Shown here in pieces: positions 34,147 to 46,773 of a stretch of DNA of 64,000 nt (positions are counted from its first letter, which is position 1; every line of letters starts with the position of its first letter). Both the position numbers and the translations under genes were made by a program. Source of the DNA: Schizochytrium sp. TIO01. Lineage: Eukaryota > Protista > Bigyra: Labyrinthulomycetes. The notes under the pieces were generated by a model. It made no database searches. It was given only the letters and a program-made list of their open reading frames with translations, and had not been told where the DNA came from. The DNA lies in contig SMSO01000035.1 in the NCBI GenBank assembly GCA_004764695.1, positions 2,542,001 through 2,606,000 on the forward strand, read 5' to 3'.

Positions 34147-37100
34147 GAGATAGCTTAGTTTTAATTAGTTATAATTAATCTACCCGGCTTGGCAGAGAGA
34201 CCGACTCCGTGGGAATTTCAGGAGGAAGGGACCTCGCATTACTCTTAGGGAATAGCTTAGAAGGTGCGTATCGAGGTGAAAAGCCCGAGGATATGGCAAT
34301 ATGGCAGCTCCTTTCGGAGATTGGTGAGTACCTTTATTGAGAAACGTGAAGGAAGAGATCGAGAGCAGTTCGCATGGTTTACATTGGTGGCGAGGCCCTC
34401 TGTCAGCAGGACAAAGATCACGACAGGGGGGATTGCGGGAGCTCGTGAAGATGGTGCAGAGCGGTGCAAGCAACCTGAGGTCCCTGGAACTTGAGGTTGA
34501 ATGGCCATGAACTGAGCTTGCCGCTCGAACACACGCCCAGACTTGTTAAAGCAGCTAACGCTGCCTCAACATCTTGAGTTGCCAAAGCATCTCAAATGTG
34601 CCAGTGCGATGAAATCATGGTTGGCCAACAGACTCTATTTAGGAGATAGGAGATAGCCTGAGGATAAATGTCATGTTGAGCTGACGAACTCCGTATACAG
34701 AAGCGGAATTTGGAGATCTTCGTGTCCTGTCAAATCACATCGGCCAATACCTTCTCTTTAGTAGGTACCGTTGTGTTTTTTTATCGTGTAACTTCTTGCA
34801 TGTCTAACAGGTGCACCAAACTGAAATGGCCATGGCTGTCAACGCCGTTGGCTTTCGACGTTCGATGAAACTAACTCTGGAGCGACCAACAAAGGATTCG
34901 CTTAATCTACAGTTGGGTCTCGATCTTCAAGTTCCTCTTCAAGTTCGTCGACTTGCGTTAGGAAGGGAAGGAAGGAAGAACTATTGCCTTCATTGACCCC
35001 CGGAATTCCGGGTCGAGCACTTCAAGATGGCGCCCCGCCGCGCCGCCTCATGAAAACAGCAAGAACATCACGCAGGTATCCTGAAATCGCCCCCGGCCAA
35101 TAAGCCAATTGATGTAAAAGGAAACTCTGTCTCACTCCAGATTACCATCTCTTCTGACGAGGTCACCTTTGGCGATTGGCTTCATCGCCAGCGCGGCTTT
35201 CTCCTAGTTGAAAAGGCAAGGCAGCAGCCCAAGTACTACAATACGCAGGTATTATATAATATTGCCGCGGTGTGCCGTCGCTATTTTCGCCAGCAGGGTT
35301 CTTGACCGTGCCCTAGTTTTCCGTAGATGCGGACTATCGAATCCTAAGCGATGTCGAGAATGGGACTTTGTGTACAACCATCCGCACTAGGATAGAAGGT
35401 AGGTAGGTGCTACTAGCGTAATTAGCGACGACGAAAAGACCAAAAGCCAAATGACCATAAAGAACAAGGGCGCTGAAGGGAATGCTGGACGTGAGACGGA
35501 GACTGCCGCAGGGTGCCTTGAGCGACTGCGTCCTCCTTTGAGACCGGCGTGAACGCTGGTGGTCTGAAGAAATGGCGCCCCAAGCTCAAAGCCTCGCCTG
35601 TATTTCTACGAGCCTTGTCGATTCATTGATTTATCAATTAATTAATTGAATGATTGAATGATTGATTGATTGATTAATTGCTTTTTCTTCTTATTCATCT
35701 ACTTTGATTAAACTAAAATAAAATTAGTAATGCATGTTTTTTAATAAACTCTGTTGACTTATCTATTTGATCCATTGTCAACTTAACTATCGTTTGATGG
35801 GCTCTGACTTATCTATTGATTCGCGTGGTTGATTGAGTAGGGAGTGAGTGAGTGAATGGGGAAACAAATATTGGAATGTGAGGCTGTTGGGCAAAATGAC
35901 CCTGAATTCGCTGTAGTTATGGATGGTGAGCATCACCAAATTCGCATTCAGGCGCGACTCCTACTTGATGGTGGCCGACCGACCTGCAAGCGATCACGAG
36001 TCGTGATGACCTTGGAGGCCCGGCCCGCCGGCAGCGAGAGCACGGGCCCGCCAACCCGTGGCGGCGAGCAGAGTGCCAAAGTCCCGTAGAGCGAATCTCA
36101 GAAACCATCAGCGACGATGCCTTTCTGTGCGTATAGAGACTCAAAGGTGCACTCTTCGATAACAGAATAAATGAATGAATGAATGAGCGATATGGATGGA
36201 AGGTGCCTCCATCTTGGAAAACCAATATTACCAACTCCAATGGCCGAAGCAAATCCAGTCGAGGTGAGTCTGTCTGGGCATAACTGCGGCCGTCGAGGAG
36301 CTCGCCACACGCTCTGTGTGCTCACTCACTTGAGTCCACTCGAGGTTATAAAAGCTCGCTCGAGTTCAAAAGGGCCTGTCTGATCTTCTTTCAGTTTTGG
36401 CTCTTCTATATCGCTGTTATTCATCGCTTGAATACGACGATGATCTTCAGATTTCCCTCAGTTTATGGCACCTTTTAGAGTTTGGGTACACCATAGAAAC
36501 CACCAGCTGATAAATAAATAAACAAATAAATAAATAAGTAAGTAAATAAATAAATATATATATATATACATATGTTAATCAATACACGCCGTCGACTTCA
36601 ATCGCCAGCTCGTCCTGATCGCCTTCTCTTCGCTCGCTCGAATGGGGAGAGGAGTTACCGTCTTCTGCATTTGGGTTGATGATGGAGGTGCCGTAATTTC
36701 TACAACTCAGTTGAAAATACTCATTGGATCCTCAAGCTGTTGTTGCAATATTACCTATTACCATACATAATTGTGTTTGTTTTTTTACTCAGAAGTCAAT
36801 TCACCCATTCAAAGTAATAAAGTGAAAATAACTTGAATGAGAGCTAATAAAGTCAAAGCGTCGTCTCTTTCAGTGCGAACGGTTTCCAAAAGGAAGGAGC
36901 CATTCTTCCCGCCGCGGCGTTCGGTCCCGGTAGGGGTGACGCTGCGATTATCGGCGCAATAGACGGCTTCCCGGCCCCGTGATGCCTATATTTGAGTCTG
37001 TGTATTAGGTGTTTCGGAGTTACCGGGAGAATAAAAGAGGTGTAAATACTTGTAGAAAGCCCCCCATGCGTGCGCACAAGTGCGGCTAAAGAGATGTAAG

Positions 37101-37806
37101 TGAAACTTTGAGTAAAAGTCACTATACGCGCGGAGAGATAAAGTAGAACAAAGCAGCGCAAGTAGAGTATACCGCGGCACGGGCTTTGTGCTCAAGCCCT
37201 TGCGAGACGGCGGCGGCCACTCGCAAATCGACTTCGAGGCCGCCACCCTCGTCGCCGAAGACCCTTTTAAGGCAGCAAGAGCCACCGCCGCCGACCGCAG
37301 CAAACAGGGCACCAAAACCGCAAGGTAACACAGGCCACCAACAAAGACAGGTGCTCGCTGTCGTAGGTTTTGGGCTCGAATACTTGAGCAATCAAACGTG
37401 GCGGTCCGTGGTCAAGCACGTATCGGTATTGCTTTCCTTTTTCTGGCTTAGACTTCGGTGCGGTCGTTGTTGCTGGCTTGCGTGCAAACGTTGAAGACCA
37501 GCGAGAACTTCGGCCTGTTCTGACTTAGACAGACCTCGGTTGCAGTGTTAGAGATATTTACCGGTCGAACACATAAGCAACGAGAATCAGGTTTGGGTAC
37601 TTGTACGACGTGAAGAGACCAAGGAGGTCGGCGTGAGCTGCAGAAGGGTAAGAACAGCATCAAAGCTAGATTTGAGAGGCGTTGGAGACAACGTCCTGAG
37701 GCAAAAAGGGGTACCGGGGTACGATAAGAACCCCGCGGATTCTGACGTGACTTAGTATTGTATAGCTTGTGAGGTCCGTAGCCGGTCCTGCTTGCATCTG
37801 CAAAAG

Positions 37807-39885
37807 ATGACACCCATGTGGAATGCAGTAATGGCCATTGCAATGGTGGCCATCTGCGGCCAGAACGGCATGCTTGCCGAAGCACGCAAGCCAAAGAATA
37901 TTGTGTTTTATTTGACTGATGACCTTGGCGTCGGTATGATTAACCAACATGCTCCAGAGTGGACCACATTTGAAAATATCTCAGCTTTCGAAGCGATTCC
38001 AGAATCTCGGCGCGTGCGTACGCCTAACATGGAGCGCCTTGCCAAAGAGGGTAAGCGTATGATGCGCTCGTACGTGTCCAGTTCAGTGTGTGCACCTTCA
38101 AGGCATTCTCTCATTACTGGCGTGCAAGCCGGTGTTGCCACAATTCGCGGCAATGGCTTTGGTCCTGACGGAGCCACCGATGCCGACCTGGACGAAAATC
38201 GCTCAACCATGGGTGAAATGCTCACCTCGGCTGGTTTCCGAACTGGAGCTGTCGGCAAGTGGGGAGTGGCAACTAACTCAACTTCGTCAGGGTCTCCGTG
38301 CAAACGTGGGTACGGATACTTTTATGGCAAGTTCACGCACGCAAGCATGGGCGAGGCCTTTCCCACCACCATGTTCAGCTGCACATCCGATGACCCGGAC
38401 AACGTTACCACGCACGAGTACTCTGTGAACGCCGATTCCTCGGCATCTTATTGCGTTGTTGACAACGAAACGCTCACTCCATCGCCTTGCAAACATTTTG
38501 ACGTCCTAGTGCGCGAATCTGCCCTCGAGTTCATTCGCGAGTACGAAAATGACTCAAGTCCATTCTTTTTGTACTGGGCGACCTACGCTGGCCACTCGGC
38601 CATGTATGAGCAAGAGAACAAGTTTGAATACTGTGAGGACAAGACCTACCCGGTCACCAGCTATGGTCGCTACACCAATGCTCTTGTATCCTCAACTGGC
38701 CGATCCACAAGTACCATCCGAGGCCTCATGGCAACAACAGAGTACATCATGGATGAAGATATTGGCCAACTCTTGCAAACCCTTGAAGACGTTGGAGCTG
38801 ATAGTAATACAATGATTATTGTGGCCACCGATAACGGACCAGGCCAAGGCGCATTCATGGATGCTGATTTCGACCCTGATAGCGATGTGACTGCATCTGG
38901 TGGTCTTGTTGGTATCAAGCGCCGAGTCCGTGAAGGCGGAATTCGTAGCCCTACGGTCGTTTGGTACCCATCGAAGGTCCCTGCTGGGTCAAAATCGCTT
39001 TTCCCAATCATGCACTATGACTGGGCCCTCACCATTGCAGGTGCAGTAGGAATCCCAAGTGGCAGCCCGACTCTCGACAAGTTTAAGTCCGATGATGCTG
39101 GTGGTGTTGATCTTTCTGACCTATTGTTTGCTGACGACGACTCGGTTGTTTCCAAGTCTACTCGCTCCTTTGCGTACAGCGAAATTTGCTTTGAACGTGG
39201 TGGCACAACACCAGCAGGTCAAGTGTGTCCTGTTCAATGGGTTCTTAACAAGGGTTGCGCTTTTGCTTATTTTGACATGTCCAAATGGCCTAACAAGATG
39301 TACAAGCTTGTGCAACCGCAGCCACTCGAGGATTACGAACTCTATGACATCATTGCTGACCCCTTTGAAACCAACGATTTGGCTGCATCTAAGCCTGCAA
39401 AGGTAAAAAGCCTTCTTGCTGAGCGTAACAAAATCCGGACAGATTATTGCACAGCTGAATCGGGTTACCTTACTTCTTGCTACTCTGACCCGTGTATGAT
39501 TAACAGCAAAAAGAAAACATGCAACAATGATGCAAACTGTACGTGGACAAGTGGGCAGTGTCTCACGGCCAATTGCACAGATTTGGGCTTGCGCAAAGAG
39601 GATTGTGAATCCCACTCTGAATGTTTCTTTCAAACTTGGCAAAAACAGAAGTCTGACCGTTGTATTGACATGCAGGATACGATTGAGGATACTTATGAAT
39701 ATGCTTGTACAAGTTCGTCCGCGTACTCATGTAAACGAAACAAGATCTGCGACTACTCCAGTAGTTCGGGATGCACTTTGAAAACCTGTGCTGAGCTTTA
39801 CAACAAGAAGGGGGTCTGCAGCAACCGAGAAGACTGCAAATGGGTTAGCAGTGCCACAAAGAAAAAGCGTTGCCAAGACGCCTAA
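37807..39885 (+). CDS. Secreted S1 sulfatase with C-terminal four-repeat Cys-rich domain (tandem copy 1)
   Basis: First ATG 37807, signal peptide ending AEA; NIVFYLTDDLG, CAPSRHSLITG, GKWG, AGH, TDNG, GIKR, ELYDIIADPFE; Cys/Lys-rich tail. Confidence 0.93.
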   Translation: MTPMWNAVMAIAMVAICGQNGMLAEARKPKNIVFYLTDDLGVGMINQHAPEWTTFENISAFEAIPESRRVRTPNMERLAKEGKRMMRSYVSSSVCAPSRHSLITGVQAGVATIRGNGFGPDGATDADLDENRSTMGEMLTSAGFRTGAVGKWGVATNSTSSGSPCKRGYGYFYGKFTHASMGEAFPTTMFSCTSDDPDNVTTHEYSVNADSSASYCVVDNETLTPSPCKHFDVLVRESALEFIREYENDSSPFFLYWATYAGHSAMYEQENKFEYCEDKTYPVTSYGRYTNALVSSTGRSTSTIRGLMATTEYIMDEDIGQLLQTLEDVGADSNTMIIVATDNGPGQGAFMDADFDPDSDVTASGGLVGIKRRVREGGIRSPTVVWYPSKVPAGSKSLFPIMHYDWALTIAGAVGIPSGSPTLDKFKSDDAGGVDLSDLLFADDDSVVSKSTRSFAYSEICFERGGTTPAGQVCPVQWVLNKGCAFAYFDMSKWPNKMYKLVQPQPLEDYELYDIIADPFETNDLAASKPAKVKSLLAERNKIRTDYCTAESGYLTSCYSDPCMINSKKKTCNNDANCTWTSGQCLTANCTDLGLRKEDCESHSECFFQTWQKQKSDRCIDMQDTIEDTYEYACTSSSAYSCKRNKICDYSSSSGCTLKTCAELYNKKGVCSNREDCKWVSSATKKKRCQDA

Positions 39886-42224
39886 GACCTGATAGTCTTC
39901 AAACTCACCCCATTTCACAGAATATTTTCGAGATCAGCTCTGTTATGCTTTATTTAAGTTTGACGCATCAAACTTTAAAACAAAGTGATGATGGAATTAT
40001 TTCTCAAAACTCGCGATACAGTCTTTCCTACACGTTTAATTGGAATGCATGACGCTGAACCACACTTAAATTTTAGGGTTTTAGCAACTTGGTTTACGTC
40101 ATGTGTACTCTCGAGGTGATTGGAGATCCTGCATTTTGAATAGCTATATAAGGAAAGAAAATGTCACTGTCACTCACTGTCAACTTTTCTGTTGAGGTCG
40201 ACCAATCAGAAATAAAGTTGCGAGAGGCCGTTACTAAGATCATCAACCTAACACAAATGTGTCTGCTAGCCCTGACTGAACCTCTTCATGTTGAAATTGT
40301 CTAGCTGCTATCATATTCCATAGTGTGCCATTTCTCCTGATTTGTACTTTTAGGTCTAGCGAATACATTTCCCCAGGTTCTACTCTGATTGCCATAGCGC
40401 TGCATATCTCTGTGACTCTCGCATTCGTTAGTCATCCTTCGTTCCCCCTTTTTGAAAAAGAAAGCTTGGCCTCCCCTAGACCACACTTATAAAGCTGTTG
40501 GATGGTCTTGTCTCAAGCAAACCTAGTTAAACTACTGATACTATGTAATGAATCTAAAGATTTCATGTTACCTCTATCACTCTCGCTTCGTCCGTTCTCA
40601 AGTTTCATTATAAAGATTAGTATACCCTATCTTTTAGATGGCTCACCCCCTTGGGACCCTGCTCTCATACCATGAGATCATCAAAGATGTTTATTGCTGT
40701 TCAGTTGGGACATTGATGTGGCATTAATGTATTGAAGTACGTGTTTTTCTGATTTCACCCACCTTCTCTAAAAGGTGCTCTCTTTATTTTGTTCAGGATT
40801 TCTCTTCATGTCCCGAGCATCAACACGGGCCTGTTTTTGGCTACCCTTATAGGGTCATAGCCATCTTATTTAGCTCATTTCGAAATTGCCTTTCTGAAAC
40901 AAATCATCATCTATGCCCAACCTTGTACCAGTTATACATAACTGGAAGATGCGTGACGTTGCGAGTACTGTAGACTTTGTCTTGGCCTAACAAAAGTGTA
41001 AGTTATGCGTGAGGTCATGTGGCACACGAGAGTAACATTCGGCTGATCAAATCATTCTTTCTTTTCTTGTGGGCTTTTCTAATCAGCGTTTCTAAAATGT
41101 AGTTTATTTGGCTTTTAGCAAGTGCAGAAAGGAAACCCTGCACCCAGCGTAGGCTTGGTATAAAGGCAGGGACTAGAAGCTAAGGTGTCATTTCTGAAAT
41201 TCAATATATATATATGCTCCATTTTCTCGATTCTTTCCAAAGATTAATTACTTTTAAACCCTCAACAACTCAAAGCAAATGATTTTGATTTTTGAAAGTG
41301 AGGTTACAAAAGAATTCACCATCCCAATTCTCTTAATTATTCCCCGATTTTGTTTAATCATTTCTCTTCTACAGCAACTGTAGCATAGTAACCCTCAGAG
41401 TTGAAGCCGCAAAACCTTGTTACATACTCATATTGTGTATCCCCCCTCCCCCTCTATAGCAATAAAAAGACCGACGGTTGAGTGCGAATTACAGGGTTGA
41501 GCAGAAGAGAAAAGTCCCCTTTGTCAGTAACCAAATCATCAACAAACTCGCATGAAAAATGGAGAACGTGTTTGTTTTTGCTTATCTTAAAAGTGAACCT
41601 CACTATTTATAAGGTCGGTCAATCCTTTAAATCTCCATTTACTTTCCTGATCTAGTTTTAAAAAGTTAACGCATCTCTATTTTTTTTTGTGTAAGTTACG
41701 CCAACGGTAGGAATAGGCTAGACAGATGATTCCACCTCCTTGATTTCAAATGATGCTTCGACCTTGTGGCAACCTCCGCGGCCAGAAAGTGCGAGTCAAA
41801 TTTAGAAATAATTTTGAGGAAACGGATCTTTGTTTATTTTTGTAAAAAACTATAAAATAACGAAAAATAAAGAGTGGGAAAATGAAAGGAAAATTAGAAC
41901 GTCACAAGTGACCTATTGAATTCTGGAGGAAGAATAGACCACCTGCACGCCTTATCGTGCAGTGTTTTGTGGACAAAGTGAAGTGAGACGTCCACTTTCG
42001 CGGGAGTAGATTTAGGGATGCTGGGTCGAGGTTGGTTGATGAGAAGTACTGTTGATGCTGGTTTACAGACCTCAAATGTAGACGCTGAAGTCGAGCTAGA
42101 TGGCGCTACTGTAGAGAACTACAGGAAAACCATCGCTAATCACACTCTGCGCGGGTTCTGATAGTCTCCCATTGAGGTCACACGTGAGACAAGCCCTAAA
42201 TCGGCTGCAGGCCTACAAAAAGCG

Positions 42225-44309
42225 ATGGTGAGACGCGTTGTTTTCCTAATAACATTGTTCTTAAGAACGATATCTAATGCAAATGGCTCAGTTGCTCGAC
42301 CGAGGAATGTGGTGTTCTACCTGGCCGATGACCTAGGCGTAGGCTTAGTGAATCAGCAGGCCCCCGAATGGACCACTTTTGCGAACACTTCTGTCTTTGA
42401 AGATATTCCGGAATCGCGACGTATTCAGACCCCGACACTTGAAAAACTGGCTTCAGAGGGCAAGCGCTTTTTCCATTCATATGTATCAAGTTCAGTGTGC
42501 GCCCCGTCAAGGCATTCGCTCATGACAGGAGTTCAGGCGGGGGTTGGTCTCATTCGAGGTAATGGCTTCAGCACCGAGGGAACCACGGACGCAGATTTGG
42601 ACCCAAATCGCACGACCATTAGTGAAATGCTCACATCGGCTGGCTATCGCACTGGTGCTGTCGGAAAGTGGGGTCTTACGCTTAATGAGACCTCGTCAGG
42701 CAACCCATGCAAGCGTGGGTTCGAGTATTTTTACGGCAGATTTACACATAAATCCATGGGAGCTGCATTTCCATCAGAACTTTACGGATGTACATCTGAT
42801 GACCCTGATAATATTACTACGTATAGCCTTCCTGAGAATACGGGAGCCACAGAAAGTTATTGTGTTGTTGAAAATGAGACCTTAACACCTTCCCCATGCA
42901 CACATTTTGATGAAGCTGTGCGTGATGCTGCTCTATCATTTATTCGAGATGTTGAGATTGATACTCGACCATTCTTTTTATATTGGGCTACTGCCGCTGG
43001 TCACACCATGCAGTATGAGGAAGAAAGTGACAAATTTTCTGACTGCGATGAAAATACCTTCCCGGTGAAATCGTATGGAAGATACACCAAGGAGCTTATA
43101 TCACAAACTGGGCGTGCCACGAGTCCAATCCGAGGATTAATGGCAACTGCTGAATACCATCTTGACGAAGATATTCGCGACTTACTAGCCACGCTACAAG
43201 ATGTTGGAGCTGACGAAAATACAATGATTATCTTTGCAACCGACAATGGACCTTCGGAAGAAGTGTATGCAGACCCAGGCTATGATGCAAACCGTGATCT
43301 CACTGCTTCTGGTGGACTAGAGGGTTTTAAGCGACGAGTTCACGAGGGGGGTCTGCGCAGCCCAACAATTGTCTGGTATCCACCCATGGTGCCAGCCGGC
43401 TCCTCTTCAAAATTTCCTATCATGCATTATGATTGGGCTCTAACTATTGCTGGTGCTGTAGGAATTTCTAGTGATAGCAGTACACTGGATACTTTCAAGT
43501 CTGATAATGCAGGGGGCGTCGACCTGTCAGACCTTCTCTTTGCCGATGATGACAGCGGTGTATCCAACGAGACACGGCCATGGGCGTACAGTGAAATTTG
43601 TTTTTCAAGAGCAGGGCAAAACAAAGCTAGTAAGCTTTGCCCGAAGTATTGGGTACAAAACGTTGGTTGTGCATTTGCCTACTATGACATGTCGAATTGG
43701 CCCGATGCCATGTACAAACTTGTGCGTGCGCAGCCAGAATACGATTTGGAGCTTTACGATGTTCTAGCCGATCCTTTCGAGACCAACAACCTTGCAACAA
43801 CTAAACAATCAACCGTAAACCAACTCCTAGCATCTCGCGATGGGATCCGTACTCCATACTGTTCTGTCGAATCCGGTTATGAGACAAACTGCTGGCCGGA
43901 TCCTTGTATGATTAATAGCAATAGCAAGACGTGTAATGCAGATGCAAATTGCACTTGGTCTAGCAAAACATGTGTGACAGCATCATGTTCCGATCTAGGC
44001 TCACGGAAACAAGCCTGCGAATCACGTTCCGATTGCTGGTATCAAAAATGGCAAAAACTCAAATCAGATCGTTGCATTGACTTGCAAAGTACGATGGAAG
44101 ATACTTATGAGTATGCGTGTTCTAGTGAAAGAAGATCTGCGCCAAGTTACTGTAAGAAAAACAAGCTGTGTTCCCACTCAACTTTAAACGGGTGCTCCCT
44201 CAAATCGTGTAAGTCGTTCTCTCGAGCTAAAGCGATTTGCATGAGTCGCGAAGACTGCATCTGGAAAGCCGCTGCCAAGAAAACTGAAAGATGTCAAGCC
44301 GCAAGCTGA
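42225..44309 (+). CDS. Secreted S1 sulfatase with C-terminal four-repeat Cys-rich domain (tandem copy 2)
   Basis: Colinear paralogue; NVVFYLADDLG, CAPSRHSLMTG, GKWG, TDNG, GFKR. Confidence 0.93.
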   Translation: MVRRVVFLITLFLRTISNANGSVARPRNVVFYLADDLGVGLVNQQAPEWTTFANTSVFEDIPESRRIQTPTLEKLASEGKRFFHSYVSSSVCAPSRHSLMTGVQAGVGLIRGNGFSTEGTTDADLDPNRTTISEMLTSAGYRTGAVGKWGLTLNETSSGNPCKRGFEYFYGRFTHKSMGAAFPSELYGCTSDDPDNITTYSLPENTGATESYCVVENETLTPSPCTHFDEAVRDAALSFIRDVEIDTRPFFLYWATAAGHTMQYEEESDKFSDCDENTFPVKSYGRYTKELISQTGRATSPIRGLMATAEYHLDEDIRDLLATLQDVGADENTMIIFATDNGPSEEVYADPGYDANRDLTASGGLEGFKRRVHEGGLRSPTIVWYPPMVPAGSSSKFPIMHYDWALTIAGAVGISSDSSTLDTFKSDNAGGVDLSDLLFADDDSGVSNETRPWAYSEICFSRAGQNKASKLCPKYWVQNVGCAFAYYDMSNWPDAMYKLVRAQPEYDLELYDVLADPFETNNLATTKQSTVNQLLASRDGIRTPYCSVESGYETNCWPDPCMINSNSKTCNADANCTWSSKTCVTASCSDLGSRKQACESRSDCWYQKWQKLKSDRCIDLQSTMEDTYEYACSSERRSAPSYCKKNKLCSHSTLNGCSLKSCKSFSRAKAICMSREDCIWKAAAKKTERCQAAS

Positions 44310-46773
44310 GAGGTTTCAGTTTATGGCCCTGAGACCAAGTGCAGTTGTATTATAAGTTTCCAAAGTTGTGACTAGAGTAGTAATCAAACTCAGCAAAGTT
44401 CTACTTGACAAAGATCTTGGTATCCTTCTATTGGTTGAGCGCGAGCGTCAACTTGACAACATACCTTCCTGCAAACATATGTTAGCCACAATCCCAATCC
44501 CATCTAGGCTTTATTTCTAATACACGGCAAATCATCTCAAATTCAGCGTCTTAAAATCTGAAATTCACAGACGCCGCAAACTGATATGTAGGTACTTACA
44601 CAAATGCCTCAGGTAAGTGAATGTATACGGCCATCACCCCGGGCAATACCGGGGTTAGTAATGGCATGTTTTTCCTGGTTTTACTCAGTTTGAAACTTGA
44701 TTTAGTGTTTCCTTTTCCTTCTTCGGCCTTGGCATAATGAAATGAACTTTTGAGCAAGTGTCCCTCGAGCCATTACTTTAAGAATGTTAATTACCTGGTT
44801 GTTAGTTGTACCAACCACAAAAAAAAACGCACGTTCGCCCACAACTTAGCCATGATCATGCAAGTCGGAGACGTGGACATATTTTCTCTTTCGATGCTCA
44901 AGTAACGTGAAATCTCCAATAATATTATAATGTAGAGTCGCAATGTTCTGAGGTTACTTTTGGCAGTGAATCGAGAAAGGCTAGATTTCCTAGATCTCGT
45001 GTTGCTTAAGCTGCGATATCGTAAATGCACTGGTGCAGCCTTATCGACCCTTTTTTGTTCGATTCACATTTTTTGTTTCTAGAGCTCTTTCTACCAATGT
45101 TTAGCATTACCTTTTTTTAAAAATTAAAATAAGTAGACTATACAGGATGATTGCTTTTATTAATTTTTATTTTTAATAAGAGCAAAAAAACATATATATA
45201 CCTGTACATGTAATAGAAAATTAAGATGGATTTTTAGTCTCTAGAGGAACTTAAGTAGTGGATAGTTAGTACCTGGTTACTACTACTCCTATAGCGAATA
45301 CCTTCAAAAATTTTCTTCTACCTGCGTGCCGAAGACAGTACCTAGACTTCATTATAAACCTTTTGATGTTTCGCTCGCTGTTATCGTCCACAGTATTGTT
45401 CAGATCTCTACACCTGATTATTACCCTGAGACACCGAAGTACCCAGGTACTCTGCAGTAGTCCAGGTCGTCATCATCCAAGGATGATTCGACTAATATTG
45501 GCCGACTCCTCTCCAATTTTTTTTATTTTCCATGTTTCTGTTCTTTAAAACTAGAAGGAAGGGCGGTGGCTACATCATCTCGAACATGCTTTCCGAAATG
45601 TGGCCTTTGACCTTACGGCTTTTCAGCACAGAAGACGAACTCGAATCGTGTGGCACGTGACGGGCTGGTTAAATGGGATGTGAACGTGCCAGAGACTACA
45701 TTCATATTCATTATTAATTGGCTTCCGACATATTTTGTCCTGAGGTCATCGACTTTTCTTTCACACGACTATGCAGGGCGTAAGATATCCTACTTGGTGA
45801 CACACTTCCGAGAGCTACAGGGTAGGAGCTAAATCTTGCGAACTGTGCTCCCTGACCGACTAAAACGAAATTGGAATTCGAAATCATGACAAAGCGCGAG
45901 TCTTTAATGGAATGGGTTTCCTCATAGAGCTGAAGATGCTACCATGGTAGAGTGCAGATTGGTTGCCACATATTTCGAATGCAAGTTCTCCGTTTCATGG
46001 AGGCAATGGCTGACGCTAGGCTGGCTGCAAGCTGCTCTATGAGTTTAGGATAGAACAGAGCGTGGTAAGCTGAATTGTGTTTTTTATTCATGATGGTGTG
46101 CAAATGACACAAATGACAAATCGTACAACTTGAAGCTGCTATATCATTTTCAAGTTATAAATCCCGAGGTTCAAATCATGGTCTGTGCTCTCGCCTGCGC
46201 CAGTCTCAGATTAATTGGTTCTTTGGAGTTAAATGTAGGGGACTTTGAAGGAAGCCAAAAATACCATTTGCAGGAAGCACCGTACAGATACGGGCTTTTA
46301 CATCTCCCACCTCGCGTCGACAATCAGCATCTATGGCTAGAATTTCGCGATGGTGTATACCATGATTATTCTGAATTTCTTTGAGCAATCAAGACTGATA
46401 TTATGTATTAGGCAGTACTACTTGAAGAAGCATTGGCCGTGCCCAGGTCGACTTGAAAACAGAAGAAAACATATTTTTTTAATCTAGTAAAAACCAGCTC
46501 CTGCAGGTGAGTATTTTTTCTTTTCAAAGTAGGCCTTGTTGGAAACAAAAATAAACTGAAGGCAATTCTCAACTTGGGTCCCTCCCTCACAAGAAAGTAT
46601 TATCTCAGTTTTCATTAACCAAGAGTAGGTCGGTAGTCTACGGCTTGGCATGCGCATTGCTTTGGTCAAAGGATTCCATCAATACCCTAATACTCGAGAT
46701 TACAGCATAATCTCAACCTAAAGCAATCGTTACTTCTGGGCACTCGTCCGGTATTCGAATTAAACAACCTTAC

